From: Octopus vulgaris
Lineage: Eukaryota
Direction: 5' to 3'
NCBI GenBank assembly: GCA_951406725.2
Contig: OX597831.1
Coordinates: 59,272,001 to 59,336,000 of the forward strand
DNA: 64,000 nucleotides
Made by a program: the position numbers and the translations under genes
Shown here: positions 24,533-39,420 of the stretch, piece by piece
How positions within the stretch are numbered: the first letter of the stretch is position 1
How the letters are laid out: the number at the start of each line of letters is the position of its first letter
The notes under the pieces: generated by a model
What the model saw: the letters and a program-made list of their open reading frames with translations, nothing else
Database searches by the model: none
Told to the model about the DNA's origin: nothing

Positions 24533-27500
24533 ATTGTAGCTGCTGCTTTTACTTTTGCTGATGTTTTTCTAGATCTCTCTATTATTGTAATGACACTTTA
24601 ACTGCTGATGTTGCTGTTTTATTGCTCTCGATGATCTTCTGTCATTGATCGATTCATAGTTTCATTATTTTTGGCATGTTTCGTTTCTGTCAGATTTCGT
24701 GTAATAAATATTTGATATGTATGTATGCATGTGTTTCTTCTATTCCAAACATCTTTAAATGTGTTGGTATTTTATACTGTGGTATTTCCTGGCTCTTGCA
24801 TTTTACCCTGGATGGTCTCAAATCAATGTCTGTGCATATAAAATCTCATTACTGCGTTATTATCTTAATTTGCCCGTCATTTTGCTCGGGACATTTCGCT
24901 TGAATTCTGTCGTCGTTGATAAAGCTTCTAGAAATGCCTATGCTATCGGTGTTGCAGCTGTGAATGTTAATTCTCTGGTGGAGAGAATGGAAGCATTTGG
25001 AGCCAGTATACTTCAGCTTCTATTTCGGTCATAAATCCGAATCTCCTATCAATATTTATTGTCATTGACCTGTAGCTTTTGGGATTCTTGCTCGCAAACA
25101 TCTTATAAATTTGTTCTTATAATGATTCGGTAACAAAAGTACGGTCTTCACATCCAATATATGGAACTCCACGGGCGTTCTTCTCTACTTTTGTGCTGCA
25201 GAGCATTTCATTCAGATGAACTCTCACTGATTCATAGCCAAGTACACCATATACTTCATGAATATGACCTAGATTCTAGCATGACATAATTTAGTCACAA
25301 TCACTTTCCAACGCATTTCTTCTTATATAAATATATGTATCAAATACGGAAAAAAATCCATGGTGTTGTGCATAATCTATGTGCCTCCTTCTGACTGTTC
25401 TACGTTACCACACGAATGCTCAAATGTTACAATTCGTATCCATAATGCGTATCCAAAAGCTTTTCCATGCAGTGTTTAGTTTCAGCTGCTGTCGAATATT
25501 CCAAACTTCTGCTTCGATTTATGCATTTGTACCTAATAATTTTCAACAATTAATCTCATCTTCTCTTAGCAACTGCTTCATAATAACTGATGTGTTTGCT
25601 CAACGCACGTCGATTTCTAGCCGATATGAGAAAATTCTGAAACGACACAAGTGGTTTCATTGACTAGGTCTTCTTCTCTTTGGTTGTTGATGGAAATGTA
25701 TGTTCTTGTTATCCGTGTTGCTGGTCAATGAGATTCTCAGATACGTTGTCTCTTTCAATTTATAAATATGTTGGATAACGTGTGCTACAGATATAGATCT
25801 CCAGGGGTGTATTGGCGACAATGCTATTTATTTTCATTTACCAATGTTTGGACATGACACATGCCGAGCTAATTTGTTAGTTAAAGGCTGTTCTTGTTAA
25901 TAAAGTGCGTTGGAGAGTTAAAATGCTTTACCTTTTTTGCTAGTAACATTTAAAAATGTTGTTCAAACATACTATAGAGACCATTTTGAAATAGGCATAA
26001 AAGCGATCTGAAACTACCTGAAATATTTCACGCATTTATTTCCTCACCAGAATTTGGATCATAGCGGAAAATCATAATAAATATTTAGATTACAGAAATC
26101 AACAAGTTACGAAAAGTTTTGAAAAATCTCACCCTAGCGTAAAAAATATCCAGTATTAATTTTTGAATGCAGGCCGATGGTCCTATATATTTTAGTTTAG
26201 TTAAGGTATAAGATACTGCCCCTATGATTATCTACAAATTCCTTCATCTGAGCATTTTGAGCCTCTGATTTATGTTGCTAGACTAGATCTAGCGAGATCT
26301 ACTTGTGTGACACATCTTTTTTTCATTCAATTTCCTCACGATAACAGACAGAACATTTACTGACGGTATTGCCAAACCTTCGTATGAGTACAGACTCCAT
26401 TACATTACAGTTTTCAGTATTTGAATTAATACGAGCTAAAATGTTTACTCGCTCTTAATTTGAATTGAGAAAATCTTTGTGTAGGACAGAGAATATGCTG
26501 ATAATGCTGTTGTCGCTTCTACTTTATTGATTTTGTCGTTATAATTCCATATCAAGGTCGGCTACCGTGCTTGAGAAATCCTTACATTTTCTTGAAAATT
26601 TGTTTCTCTCGGTCTTTTATATTCTCTTAATTTATTTAGTTTGTAGAAATATTTGGTGTTTCCTTCCTTTGGGAATCATCCTACACAATTTGCTTATCAT
26701 TTTTATTTGCCCCCAGTGTCTCATTTATATTCTTCTATGTCCTTACGTTGCCACTAACTGAACGCTGGATTCACGTGCCTGCTTCTTTGACTAAATAAAG
26801 CAAGGTTTGCAATCACTATATCGTTGGTGCTGATGGTATTTGGTTGCTATATTGCCGGTGATGGTATTACTGATGTTGCTTATCGTGTTGATGGTTTCTT
26901 AGTCGCACTGTAAGCTGAGATAAGGAATATTGCCACCTACCAATCTCCCACCACATTCCTCGAAGATTCCGTTGGGAGGCACAGTTGTTCGTTAGGATCG
27001 TTGTGATTATGTCATTTATTTCATTCTTTGAAAGAACAGCACGAATGAACAGGTGTGGTTATACAGTATAAAAACTATATCCGCTTTGTAATGATATTTA
27101 TATGGTAGTAGAAATATTTTTACATGTCAACACACATAGAGACCACATATAGTGTTGGTGAACCAACACAAGCTTAGTGAATGCAAATAAAAGCAAATAC
27201 TGATTTCTGGTTTAGGTCCAAAGCCAGCAGGTTAACGAGAACGAGGTAGTCTATAGATGAGCGCCAGAGCATCACTGCTTTTACAATGTCTTCAAAGGAG
27301 GTAGAGGTAGGCTTGCCCTTAATACAATCACTGCAAAGTCGTTTTTTTCATACGCTAAAGAATTTGGCATCTCACCTATTTCTTGAACAATTAATAATAA
27401 CAAATAACAAAACAATAAAATACTTCAGTTCACACAATACTGCTTAAACTCTAGAACGAAGCACATAATTAAATTGAATGTCAATATTTGCCTGGCAGTA

Positions 27501-28430
27501 ATTCCATTAGGATGAGAGGTAAAGTCAACCATGGAAGCGTATAAAATCAGAACGTATAAACGGATGTTTGTTTAAATTACTCAACACCCTATCGCTTCTT
27601 CCAGCTGTTTAACTAATAGCGTAGAGGAATCATTGCACACTATATTGAAATATAAATCGTAGTGATATGTATTCAGTATTTGTATAAAGAAAAATAATCA
27701 TCTCGCTACACTGCTTTAAGTGACCCATACAAATCAGCGTTTAGCAGTGAATTGCAAAAAATATTGAAAAAGAAATAGATTTCACTCTTTTACTGTTTTA
27801 ATTTTCAAGAAATAATCTATCGGTCTCTCCCCCAAAACACAACAACATTACACTGGTGAATGTAACAATGACAATTGTCTTGAAATATTTTAATCAATTT
27901 TCCGAGATATCATGTGCTATTCTTCTGCGACGGTGGATATTTGAGAGAAATGTAAAGTAAATTTAACAAAGTCACTGTAGTGGCCTCCTGTTTTTCTTCC
28001 ATTTTGTTTAGCTGTTAGAAAAAAAACCGGCTCCATACAGTCGGAATTTTGAAATGATACTGGAGACTAAATATGATATAAGATACAAAAAGAAATATAA
28101 GAAAAGAATGACTTATAAGTACATTTTAATCTTGTAATCATATTAGGTGTTTTGTTATTTATAGTTCTATTTCCTTTTTTCATTTCATGCAACCATTTCA
28201 AAAGATCATATTACACATATTTCTATACAGAACTAATTCATCACAAATGCATTTACTCATTCTTAATATATTGCTTTAAGTTATTCTAGTATTTTTCTTA
28301 GCAATTCTGAAACAAAATAGTAATGAATTATTTTCATAAATATGAATTTTCTTCTCTGAAACAATTTTCTATACATTATAGTAACAATATATTTGCAAAA
28401 TGATGTCCAAAATAGCATTTAAATTGCTTA

Positions 28431-28558
<128 letters not shown>

Positions 28559-28687
28559 CTTATGTGCCTCTTTGCGTCTGAGTATATATGTTTGACTCCG
28601 TACTATGTTGTATGCGAGTGCATTGCATTTATGTATCAATAGGGGACTGAAATACACACGCACGCACATTCATATATACATACATGC

Positions 28688-28718
<31 letters not shown>

Positions 28719-28959
28719 AAATACAAACTGGGACAAGAACGGAAAACATTTAGAAGACGATACAAAAAACACGGACGGGTCATTCGAAGCCTTCAATCTT
28801 CAGTCAAGAACCGGATCATCGTTGCAATTTCGGCTGATTAATCTTGAGATTGCTCCAATCTAAGCTAAACGCATTAGATTCCTTGGAAATATATATATAT
28901 ATATATATATATACATACACACATACATACATCAATGCACACACACGCACACGTATGTA

Positions 28960-29260
28960 TAGGCGCAAGGCAAGGCTGTGTGATAAGTAGATTGCTTCCC
29001 AAGTAAATAATTCTAGGTTCAAACATACAGCGTGGGACCTTGGGCAATTGTCTTCTACTAAAGCTTTCGGCTGAGTAAAGCCTTGTGAGTAAATTTGGTA
29101 GACTTGTATGAGGCTAGTGAACTAGTGGTTCGGCAAAATAGATCGAGAGTATAAGTAATAGTTTTAAACATCAAAGAGCACTGGGTTTGATGCGTTAAAA
29201 CTCGTTTAGGCGTTGCACCATCATGGGCACATTCGAAATGAGTGAATCAAGTAAAAGATT
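28960..29260 (+). mobile_element. SINE family B, old diverged copy
   Basis: AGGCGCAAGG..GGCTGTGTGATAAGTAGATTGCTTCCCAA..ACCTTGGGCAATTGTCTTCTACTA..AAAGCCTTGTGAGT..GGTTCGGCAAAA. Confidence 0.7.
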
Positions 29261-29282
29261 TAAATTATATATACATATAATA

Positions 29283-29449
29283 TGGCCGTAGGAGTGACTG
29301 TGTGGTAAGTAGCTTGCTTACGAACCACATGGTCCCGGGTTCAGTCCCACTGCGTGGCACCTTGGGTAAGTGTCTTCTACTATAGCCTCGAGCCGACCAA
29401 AGCCTTGTGAGTGGATTTGATAGACGGAAACTGAAAGAAGCCCGTCGTA

Positions 29450-29499
<50 letters not shown>

Positions 29500-29715
29500 T
29501 ATGTTGGTGTGTTGTGTTTGTCTCCCATAACATCGCTTGACAACGTGGTGTGTTTACGTCCCCGTAACTTAGCGGTTCGGCAATATGGACCGATAGAATA
29601 AGTACTAGGCTTACAAAGAATTAGTCCTGGGGTCGATTTGCTCGATTAAAGGCAGTGCTCCAGAATGGCCACAGTCAAATGACTGAAACAAGTAAATGAG
29701 TAAATGAGAGAATGA
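29283..29715 (+). mobile_element. SINE family B, full length (tRNA-like head, CORE-like segment, internal TA microsatellite)
   Basis: Head GTGACTGTGTGGTAAG...GGGTTCAGTCCC (A/B boxes); ACCTTGGGTAAGT resembles the MIR/CORE-SINE core; tail ends in GTAAATGA repeats; at least 6 other copies or fragments in the window. Confidence 0.9.
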
Positions 29716-32265
29716 GTATAATTATGGTACATTTTCTGATGAAAGTAGTAGTGTACAGTATAAAGCTCTTCTGCCTTTAGATTTCACCTTGTGCTATCCA
29801 GTAGTAGTATTACACGTAGTTCCTGGTTTGCGTTTGAGCTTCTGTCGTGTGTGAATAGATAACAGAATAAATTGGAGTCAACTAGAAGGAATCGTTGTCC
29901 AACTGTACTCCTTCTTGTTGACTCCAATTCTTTCAATCATATGTGTGTGTGTGTGAGAGAGAGAGAGAGATATTTGTATGTGTTATGCCCCAACGGTGCA
30001 GAGATCTTATTGTCTTTATCTGAGTATGTCCTGAATTATTCGATTGTTTAGAATTATATATTTGGTTCAGAGTTACTTCTCTTCTTCGACGTTGCATTTC
30101 CCGACATTCTGGATATTTAATTAATTTAATATAAAATTACACGCCTTCTATTTTGCTTTTATGCAGAAGGCTTTTTAGCAAATGCTGTCTAGTATAGCTG
30201 TCGTAGACAGTGACTTTAGATTTATCATATTCGGACGTGAAACGAATACTTTTAGCAAGAAATTATTACAATGTAGACCTCCACCCAGGGTAACCAAAAA
30301 CAGACGTGAACTGATGGTGTATACATTTTGCAAAATTATTACACTTCTTTACAAGCTGGTTGCTTACCTTTCTAGATATTTTGTAGTATATGATTGGTTG
30401 GTGATCCATAGTTATTTCTTCGTTATTGATGTCAAACTTGTATTTGTAAAATTCATAAGAATATTATATTTTCTTCGTCAGTCTGTGGATCTCTGAAAGA
30501 CAACGTTTGTCGCTGTTTTTTACAACTATATTTACAATTAATTTAGCCTTTACTTGTAATACAAAAAAAGTCTGATATAAAAATCATCGATTTCATTTCT
30601 GATAATATCTGAACATAATGTAATTTTGAAAAGGAAATGATATACTGAGATTTTATCTTCCAACAAATTAACAATTCTATATTATATATTATTACACTAT
30701 TTTGTTAAGCAAAATATTGCCACTTTATTGTTAATCTGGGGGAACCCGAAATCAGTTCTGAGCTCGTTTACACTTGATCACGTGCTTACTTGCCATAAAG
30801 AACCTTATTCCTTTAAAACAATGCGTCTGAGGCAAAGTTATGTGACGCATTATTCCAATATTATGACTGGTCGTTGTGATTTCATGGGGATACCCCTGCC
30901 ATTTCTAACCTCATTAGCTTACACGACGATTCCACATCAGAAGATATATTATAGAACTATTTCAGATGGATGCATATCCCTGGAGTATCAGAATAGACGA
31001 AAACAAGAAATTTCTGCAATTACGTATCGAAACAGCATTACATTTCCCCTGTGTTCTTCTTTTTTTTTAATTGTAGACAACCTTTTTATAGATACATTCC
31101 ATCTAATAGTCAGTCTATTGTAATATATTTTTGAATTCATATTTTCAAAAGATATCTTAATACATTTGCATTAAGATAATTGCTATTTATTTTTTCCCAT
31201 TTGTTTTCATTTTGTGCTCTCTAATATGAAAACGAAAATATTTTAGAAGCATTGAAACGCCCACTTGAGCTGCATTGCTGTTCTCATAGGAAAATAAAGC
31301 AACAAGGAATGCATTATCCTATATACTGAAAGTAAACATTTAAATTGAATTTCTTAGTTAAGAATGCATTTAAGTTTAAAGAATTTATTTGTAATTCCAC
31401 AAACATATAAATAAGCATAGCTAATTTGCAGTGATTATATAAAATGAAAAATATCTCCATACAAAAAATAAAAATAAAATTTAAATATATTCATAAAACT
31501 GAAGCTAAAACATTCATTTATATCACTGAAATACCGTATATTTACGAACATTTGTAATCTTTAAATACTTAAACACAACCAGTTGCCATTCTGAACATAT
31601 TAGCAAAATCAAATAATAAATTGATTTTTTAATAAACGGAGCAAACTTAATATGATACAAAAATGATTAAAGTATAAAATAAATAATAAATAAAGCTATT
31701 TTGAATTGAGAATTTGCAGCAATGTTATTAGATTATTAAATATAAAATTATGAAGAAACATTTCCACAATTCAAAAGCGCCTTGAAGAGAAATGTTTATC
31801 TGTCTGTATTCATGTTATATTTTATTTTCAGTTTTTTCACTTCAAATATTATTTTTGATATATATATATTGTAAATTCCAATACAAGAACTATTGTGTTA
31901 TTGGTTAAAGTTTCCCAAAAAGATAATCAGTGGTTCTCTGCATTTCTAACAAAGAGAAAAGAGCGTCGCTCGCATGTGTGTAATTGAGTGCAAAACATTT
32001 GTCACGAAAAACTAGTTCTCAGAACATTGGAGGTTGGGTAGGTTCTCGTGCTTTTTGTTAATAAGCCTTATCAATATTACTCGCCTGTTGGAGATACGTC
32101 TGCTGAGTGAATATATATTTATGTGCATATATAAATATATATATATATTTTTTTTTTTGTACTTGTTTCAGTCATTTGACTGCGGCCATATATATATGCG
32201 TGTGTGTAAAGATATATGCATACACATACATGAATACACACATGCACACGCATACACTCACACAC

Positions 32266-32311
<46 letters not shown>

Positions 32312-32612
32312 GGCCTTCTCATATATTTTTTATTAAATGGCGCTTTATATTCTACTTGGTTTGTTCGAGGCTATATTGAGAATCAGTCTCATACATTTGA
32401 ATTCGGCCTGGTCTCGACTGCAAATTTAATCTCAGGTCCTTAAGAATGAAATGTCCGCTTTTCTTATGCACCAAGTTTAACAGTAGTTAACTCTTAAGTT
32501 TTGTCCTGACAAATCATCGTTTTACCAAATTGAAGAATTACGTCAGCACTTTTCAAAATGCAATTCATGGTGTGAAATTATATCGTACTTTTTCTCTTCT
32601 AAATCAATTTTT

Positions 32613-33625
32613 GTGAACGCATGGATAAAACAAAATTTCGCGTCGTTTATGCATATGAGTTCCGTCGCGGTACCAATGCATCCAGACAGCTCGAAGGTGA
32701 ATGAGTTGTTTGGTGAAGATGTGGCGAATGTGCGCACTCTACGTCGATGGGTTGAGAAATTCCGGCCTGGTGACTTTACTCTTGATAATCAGCCCAGTGG
32801 TAAACCTGAGACCAAGGTGGATAATGAGGAGCTGGAAACTGTAGTGGAAGCGTATATATCTCAAACTACACATGAGTTAGCTTCAAGGTTTGATGTTTCG
32901 ATTCCAACTATACTAGATCATCTGAAACAAATCGGCAAGGTAAAGAAGCAGGACAAGTTTGTAGCTCACAAGCTAAACGAGCATGAAACGACACACCGTC
33001 TTGAAACTTGCTGGTCTTCGCTGTCATGTCATAAAAGTGAACCGTCTTTGCATCGTATTGTTCCGTGTGATGAAGGATGGACTGTTGTCAACAATAACAA
33101 GCTTTCTGCACTGTGGTTGGATAGAGACGAAATGCGGAAACATAATCCCGACCACAAATATACACCCCAAAAGTTAAAAGTGTGTTGTGGTCCAGCGCTG
33201 GTATTACCCACTTCATCTTCCTGAGGTGTGGTAAGTCAAATACAAGGGATGTATGCATCAACTAATTGGATAATAGGATAAGTGAACTTGCAATTAAACA
33301 ACCGAGATTGGTCAATAGAGACATGCCAATTCTCTTGCAAGACAATGCTCTACCACATGTTGCACAAATACCCCTACTCAAGTTACAGGAACTGAACTTG
33401 GAAGTACCCTGTCATCCACCATGACCTTGCCCCAACTGACTATCCCGTTTTTCAGCCATTAGACAACGCTTTGCAAGGAAGAACTTAAAATCTGAAGACG
33501 ATGCAAAAACAGTCTTTCGTGGTTTCATTACCTCTTGCTCTTCAGAATTCGTTGCTGCCGGAATAAAGAAACTAACGATACAATGGCAAAATTGTGATGA
33601 TAATTTATGTGCATTCATTGATTAA
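32613..33625 (+). mobile_element. mariner (Mos1/Hsmar-like) transposase pseudogene
   Basis: FGEDVANVRTLRRWVEKFRPGDFTLD..G.P (HTH), IGKVKKQDKFVAHKLNE (decayed WVPHEL), HRIVPCDEGW (first D), LLQDNALPH (second D, ~33330), HPP remnant; stops and frameshifts. Confidence 0.92.
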
Positions 33626-36600
33626 CTGCTTCATGCTTAATGACCTGATAACGTGTATATTCTTACTCTGATATATTTAATGTACCGTCTTTACCTGACA
33701 CATTAGCATCACGATTATTTATACAGATTGTAATTTGGTTCTACGAATGCGAAAGCGATTCAAATAGTTAGAACATCCTGTACTGTGGCAAATATTCTCT
33801 TATTTTGTTTTGCAATGCCTTGTATCAGAAATATTTTGACATATGAATGGTATTTCTCTGATTAAAATGTTCCAAATTTCTTCAAGGATAAAACATTTAG
33901 CAATAATTAGTGTGTTCTGGATACGATATGGAAACTGTTTTATAATTCTCAATAACAATCGTGAATGACATTTTAAAAGTAAATTTACTTTGAATGTTTG
34001 TTTGCGTATTATATTAAATGAAAAATATAACATATGAAACGGTTTCCTCTCGCAGGATCTGACGCAAGTTACCTTCAACTCAAAATTCAAGCAAAGTATT
34101 GTACACGACAATTTTATTATTCAGTCATCTACTCTCTTCGACACAACTTGTGTAGATTTTGATAATTTGAAACATAGAATAATATTCTGCCTGAGTACTG
34201 ATTCTGTATGTACTCTCCATACAAAATCACATGTGATCCTTGAAATTAAAGGATGAACTTATATAAAGCACATATTTTATGTGACCAAATATGCATATGA
34301 ATATGTATACATAAGTGTGTACAATTAAGCAATATTCATTTTGTATGTGGGAAATTACATCAGTACACCAAATCTTATAATTTTCACTAAACTTTAAAAT
34401 TTCCACATGTGCAACCAAACAGAATACATCCCAAATCTTTTGTAGTTTGGCGAAGATTCTTGGCCTGCTATTGACTTATTTCACCTTCTCAGTGAAGTAT
34501 AACTTACAAACTTCGACCAGATTTAAGAGCTATTTTGAGGGGATATATTCTTCAATTGATAATTATTAATTTCATTTCCTATTTAAAATACCGATATGTC
34601 GTTGCGATATATCGTACAGTACATCTTCATCTCTAATTAAGATGTTTTCTGGTCACTTTTTTAAAGCATTGCATTTTCTAACCCGATTTGTTTCATATCA
34701 CTTTATTCTCCTCATTCCTTATCATTTACACAAGATTTTCTGAATATTGGAACTTACTTTTTCATGAATAGAGTGTTCAGCCAATCTATTTGCTGTTCAC
34801 ACCTTAGTAAAGGATCACAATTTTTTTTTCTTTTTAAAGTCATATGAAATTAGATATTTTGTATACGAAAAAATATCCCATATTCTGTCTACAGGAGCTT
34901 CGAAAACTTTTAGTGGATGTAACACGCTATATTCCTAAGTCCATCTAGCGTATTGATTAACGTACTGAATAAATATTCTTTCATATTTGAAGCTTAAAAC
35001 TTATTCTCCTGAGAAATTCAAATATTTGTTTTGCACAAAAGAGAAAACATGAGATATTATACTGAGCACAATTAAGATTCAAGAAAAACACATTTTGCTT
35101 ATATTTTGTTTTTCTTTGTAAAAACACTGCTATTGCACTCTACTGTCATCTACTGAGAATATGTGTATCTATCACGAAGTACTATGTTTACTTATGTTGC
35201 ATATATGGAAAATTCTAGATTTTGTATTAACATAATAATTTCTAAAACTTCGAAACTAAAAATAAATTGTATTAGAAAATCTGTGCATCAAGAAATCTTC
35301 GGAGTAACTGAAGATGTACGAAAGAAACAATGTAGAGAGTGATTTGTCACATTTTTATCTTTAAAATATATTTTCATATATTTCTTTCTTTTTCAAGTAG
35401 AGCAATTGCTTCGTATATATAAAGTAATATCATTTTCAGATCAAATATTAAAAAACAAATTGAATTTCAGACAAAGAATGGATTATAATTTCATATTATT
35501 GAATACGAAATTGGCTCACAGGAAAAAAAAAAAGGCAAAATCGAATTTTGTTATATAATATTTTTTTAAATTTCAAATAAAGATGATTTATATTTAACAA
35601 AATGTCAAAAAAGTTTTTGTCGGCCTTTTGGCATTCTTCAGAATATCTGAGAAACTACATCATAGCAGTAAGAACTTGTAATTAATAACTAGGAATTTTG
35701 AGTGATTTAAGTGTTTGGAAAGTGAACGCATTAGCAGAAATGTTACAATATTTTATATTAAATAATTGTAATAATGAGATAAGATGTTACCATGCGAACT
35801 ATTTAAAGACATGTAGACAGCTAAAATTTACATGCCATAGATTGGAAGCCGGGTATTGTGATCACCACGGAATTAGGTATTTTCTATAACAATATGCAGC
35901 TGATGCATATGAAACATTTTTATATGCGGCCCGCAAAGATTCCCGCTTTGCATAAACGTAGTCTCGGATTTAGTACTATTGCTCGGTACTTTCGCAAATT
36001 TCGTTTACTGTAGATCGGTTCCTATCAACGTGTTGTAAATCGTAGACTCCGTCTTGCCAAGAACTGACCCACTTATATGTGACATAAAAGATCATGCAAT
36101 TTCAATGGGCTGCCTTTACTCTAGGTATTACTTGAGATGCGTTTTCTATTTCAATCCGTCAAGCATTGCCGTATTCCTCAAATTAAGTTGCTGTGATCAG
36201 AGGTTTACATCAGTTTGTTCTTCGGTTATTTTTTAGATATATCTCTCAGATTTGCCAAGATCATTGGGCACAAGCACACACGTATAGCTGGGCTGGCGTC
36301 TCGATGAAACAGAGTTTTAGGCCTTTCCTGTGTCATATATGGATTCAAAGAATCCTGTGTCTTTCACAGGAAACTCCTGTGGTGGACTCGAATAACAGCC
36401 CACAGAGTAATCCAGTACAGAGGAGAATAGTGCAGAGTTTCATGCAGTTGAAATCAAGGAGATTTGGTCGATGTAATTATTTTATGAGGAGTATATAAAC
36501 CATGACATGTGAGAAGGTAGGAGAAGAGAATATTTTCATTTAGCCACCTGTCATTGTTAGGGTTATGGCCGTATCCCAGCCTTCATGTAATAAAAATTTC

Positions 36601-38996
36601 AGTTTATAAGTTTTTATATGTCTGAATATGCATGCAGCGCATTATTCAGTGCAGCTGTATATTCACAATTCAATACAAGGAAAGATCACTAGTTACACCA
36701 AAGAGCCATGTCTAATTATACATACAAATGTTTTTCTATGTGTACGATATTTGGAAGACAGAGACTACGAAAAATTAAATTTTTATAATGAGTAAAAATT
36801 AAGATATATTGATTCATATCAATTAAGTTCAGAGAATTCACATACTCAACTTTTGCCAAAAGACAAAAAACAAAAAAGCTGGAAGGGCTAAAAGAGAAAG
36901 TAGATTCAGTAAATATGAAAAAATTAATAGTTCTAAAACGTATATGAAAATACATATAAATAACATAGTTTAAATGTATTAGATAAGGTACAGACAGCTG
37001 AAAAACTAAAGATTAAACCAGGAAATAGAATTGAAAAACTAGTTTTTAAATAGATTTTATGGGTCAACATACGACATGCAAAAACCTTACTAACGTATTT
37101 ATAAGCAATGCTTGAATATACCCGATCAATAGTAAAAGAACCCAATAATTTTCTAAAACGAATGTAGCAAACATAAGTCACCTACTGAATATCAGGAAGG
37201 TCTCATGAACTTCACACACACACACACACACACATACACACACACACCAATATGTGTGCATTCATTCATATATGTAGGTATATGTGTGCTCTGTGTGTTT
37301 TTAACTCAACTCGCCAAGTTGAATTTGCTTTAAAATCTGAAAAAGGCAACCAAAACCTCGAAATAAATGCCAAAACCTGCCGTGTGCGTCTCACAGACAT
37401 ATACACAGATTATTATATGTATAATACATATTTAGCATATATGTGTATATATGAGTGTGTGTGTATGTGTGTGTGTTCCTTAACACACACACACAAGTCG
37501 ATATCGGTGGAATTTGACCTCTGAACGTAAAGACGGATGAATTACTGCTAGATACTTTGCCAGGCGAGCTAAACCATCACGTAACCTTTGACGTAGATAT
37601 CTACTTGTAAGAATGACTCATACATTTTGTTGATTAGATACAATATGCTTGCAGTAAAATGTTGATAAATCTCTTAAGTTTTGAACCACACACGTGTACG
37701 GGCCAAGTGCTATGTACATAAGTTTTTGTAGGGTTGACTAGTTTTAAATCTTGGAGTCCTGTTTAGATATAAAAGATGTATATAAGGAAAACTGTAAATG
37801 AGCAGATTCTTCAATACTTGTAGATTATTTTATTCGTAAATAGCGGCGCCGTCTTCAAGGAATTCCTTTATCCACATTTAAAGATAGCATTTTGAGGTGA
37901 TATTTAGTACTATGAGTGCCTAAAATGTGGTATATCAGATACAGACACGCTGCCATATAAACATGCCCCGCCACACAGACACACGTAAGCACACAAAGTG
38001 CATTATGTGTAGAAAGTACACTTATTTCTTCATTATGATCGACGGTTTACATGATTTCAAACAACTCCATGAATATTTAACTTATAACAACAACTACATT
38101 GAATGTGCATTACATATTCTGATGATTTAGATTTTAAATCTGATCAGAGCGAGTCAAGATTTTACACAATGTGTACTGTATATCATTCAATTCTATTTCA
38201 CAATATTTGTGAAATAATCAATATTTGACTATACTAGTATAATGGTAACCTTACAATACATATTTTGTATACTTTAATTATGTATTGGTATTTGTATTAA
38301 TTACAAATTTCATTCGCCAGTATATACTCGCGGATATGTATTTATTTAAAAAATGCTAATACTTATACAAAAATATGTCATATATAAATAACATTTATGC
38401 AGCACATTTTTATACAACTTTGTAGAGTATTACAGTGAAGTTGTCTTATTTAGATGTATAGATATGTCAAACATAACTAATGAACATAGTACTTACTATT
38501 TATAGCCAGAGTTAAAACATCCAGGTTTGCAACTCACGAATGTTTACCAATGTCCCAGTCGGGGATAAACATCCACAACTGGCAGTTCGATGCATTTGTG
38601 ACTTGATTTTTTCAAATAGAATGCTATTGTTATTAAACCGACTTAGAGTGTAAGGTAGCTTGTTGGGGTGTTTTGTTGTCAATCCGCACGGCACACTTTT
38701 TAATAAAAAGGTATTTTCGATTAATGTTGAATAGCCGCACTTCAATTATTGCTTGCTAGTGGGATGAAAAGATTTTAGGTTAAGCTAGTGCTCCAAATTA
38801 TAACATTCTACGCCAGAACAATAACAGCAACAGCAGCACCGATGTCCCACGCAGAAAAAAAGATTTAATCATCAACAGGAAAACCGCCGTCCTCATCCAC
38901 AAAATCAGCAGCTACTCTGAAGTAACAAAAAGTTATAGTATTAGTATTAGTAGTAGTTGTTTTTGTTGTTGTAGCTGCACTGTTAAAATCTTACAG

Positions 38997-39420
38997 TTCT
39001 ATATTTACGAGAAGAGGAATTATGTACATGATTTACATTCGACGGGTATTTGTCCTCTTCCACTATGCCATATGCCCATGGGCATATGGCATAGTGGTTA
39101 AGAGCGCGGGCTACTAACCCCAAGATTCCAAGTTCGTTTTATAAGCAGTGACCTGAACAACAACAACAACAGTAATAAAAATAATAATAATAATAATAAT
39201 AATAACAACAATAACAACAACAATGACGATGATGATGATGATGATAACAACAAAAACAATAACAATAACAACGACAACAACATGGAAAAATACCTTAGGA
39301 ATGAGAAACCAGGTTCGAAATTTCTCCAAGACACCTGATGAAGACTGGGCGGTATATTAGCTGAAACGTGTTAACAACAAACAAGATGAGGAAAAATATC
39401 TGTCGAATGTAAATAATGTT
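38997..39420. mobile_element. Head-to-head inverted pair of the tRNA-head/hammerhead repeat (left copy internally deleted)
   Basis: 38997-39060 is the reverse complement of the unit's 3' end; perfect 36-bp palindrome CACTATGCCATATGCCCATGGGCATATGGCATAGTG (39061-39096); then + strand tRNA-like head, (AAC/AAT/GAT)n and GACAC-CTGATGA...GAAAC-GTGTT (39330-39372). Confidence 0.8.
39330..39372 (+). ncRNA. Hammerhead remnant (cleavage triplet deleted)
   Basis: GACAC-CTGATGA(39335-39341)-AGACTG ggcggtatat TAGCT-GAAA(39363-39366)-C-GTGTT; stem I GACAC/GTGTT pairs; the GTT triplet seen in the 17828-17845 copy is missing. Confidence 0.55.

Noticed and set aside
24880-25800. Possible ancient RTE-type LINE remnant on the minus strand
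   Set aside because: Only vague similarity, with no clear motif recovered by hand.
35305-35340. CTGAAGA...GAAAC..GTA
   Set aside because: No stem II or stem I pairing; expected by chance.
39086-39140. tRNA-like sequence (also 2040-2100 and 17970-18025)
   Set aside because: No complete acceptor stem or cloverleaf, and embedded in repeats; these are SINE-type heads, not tRNA genes.
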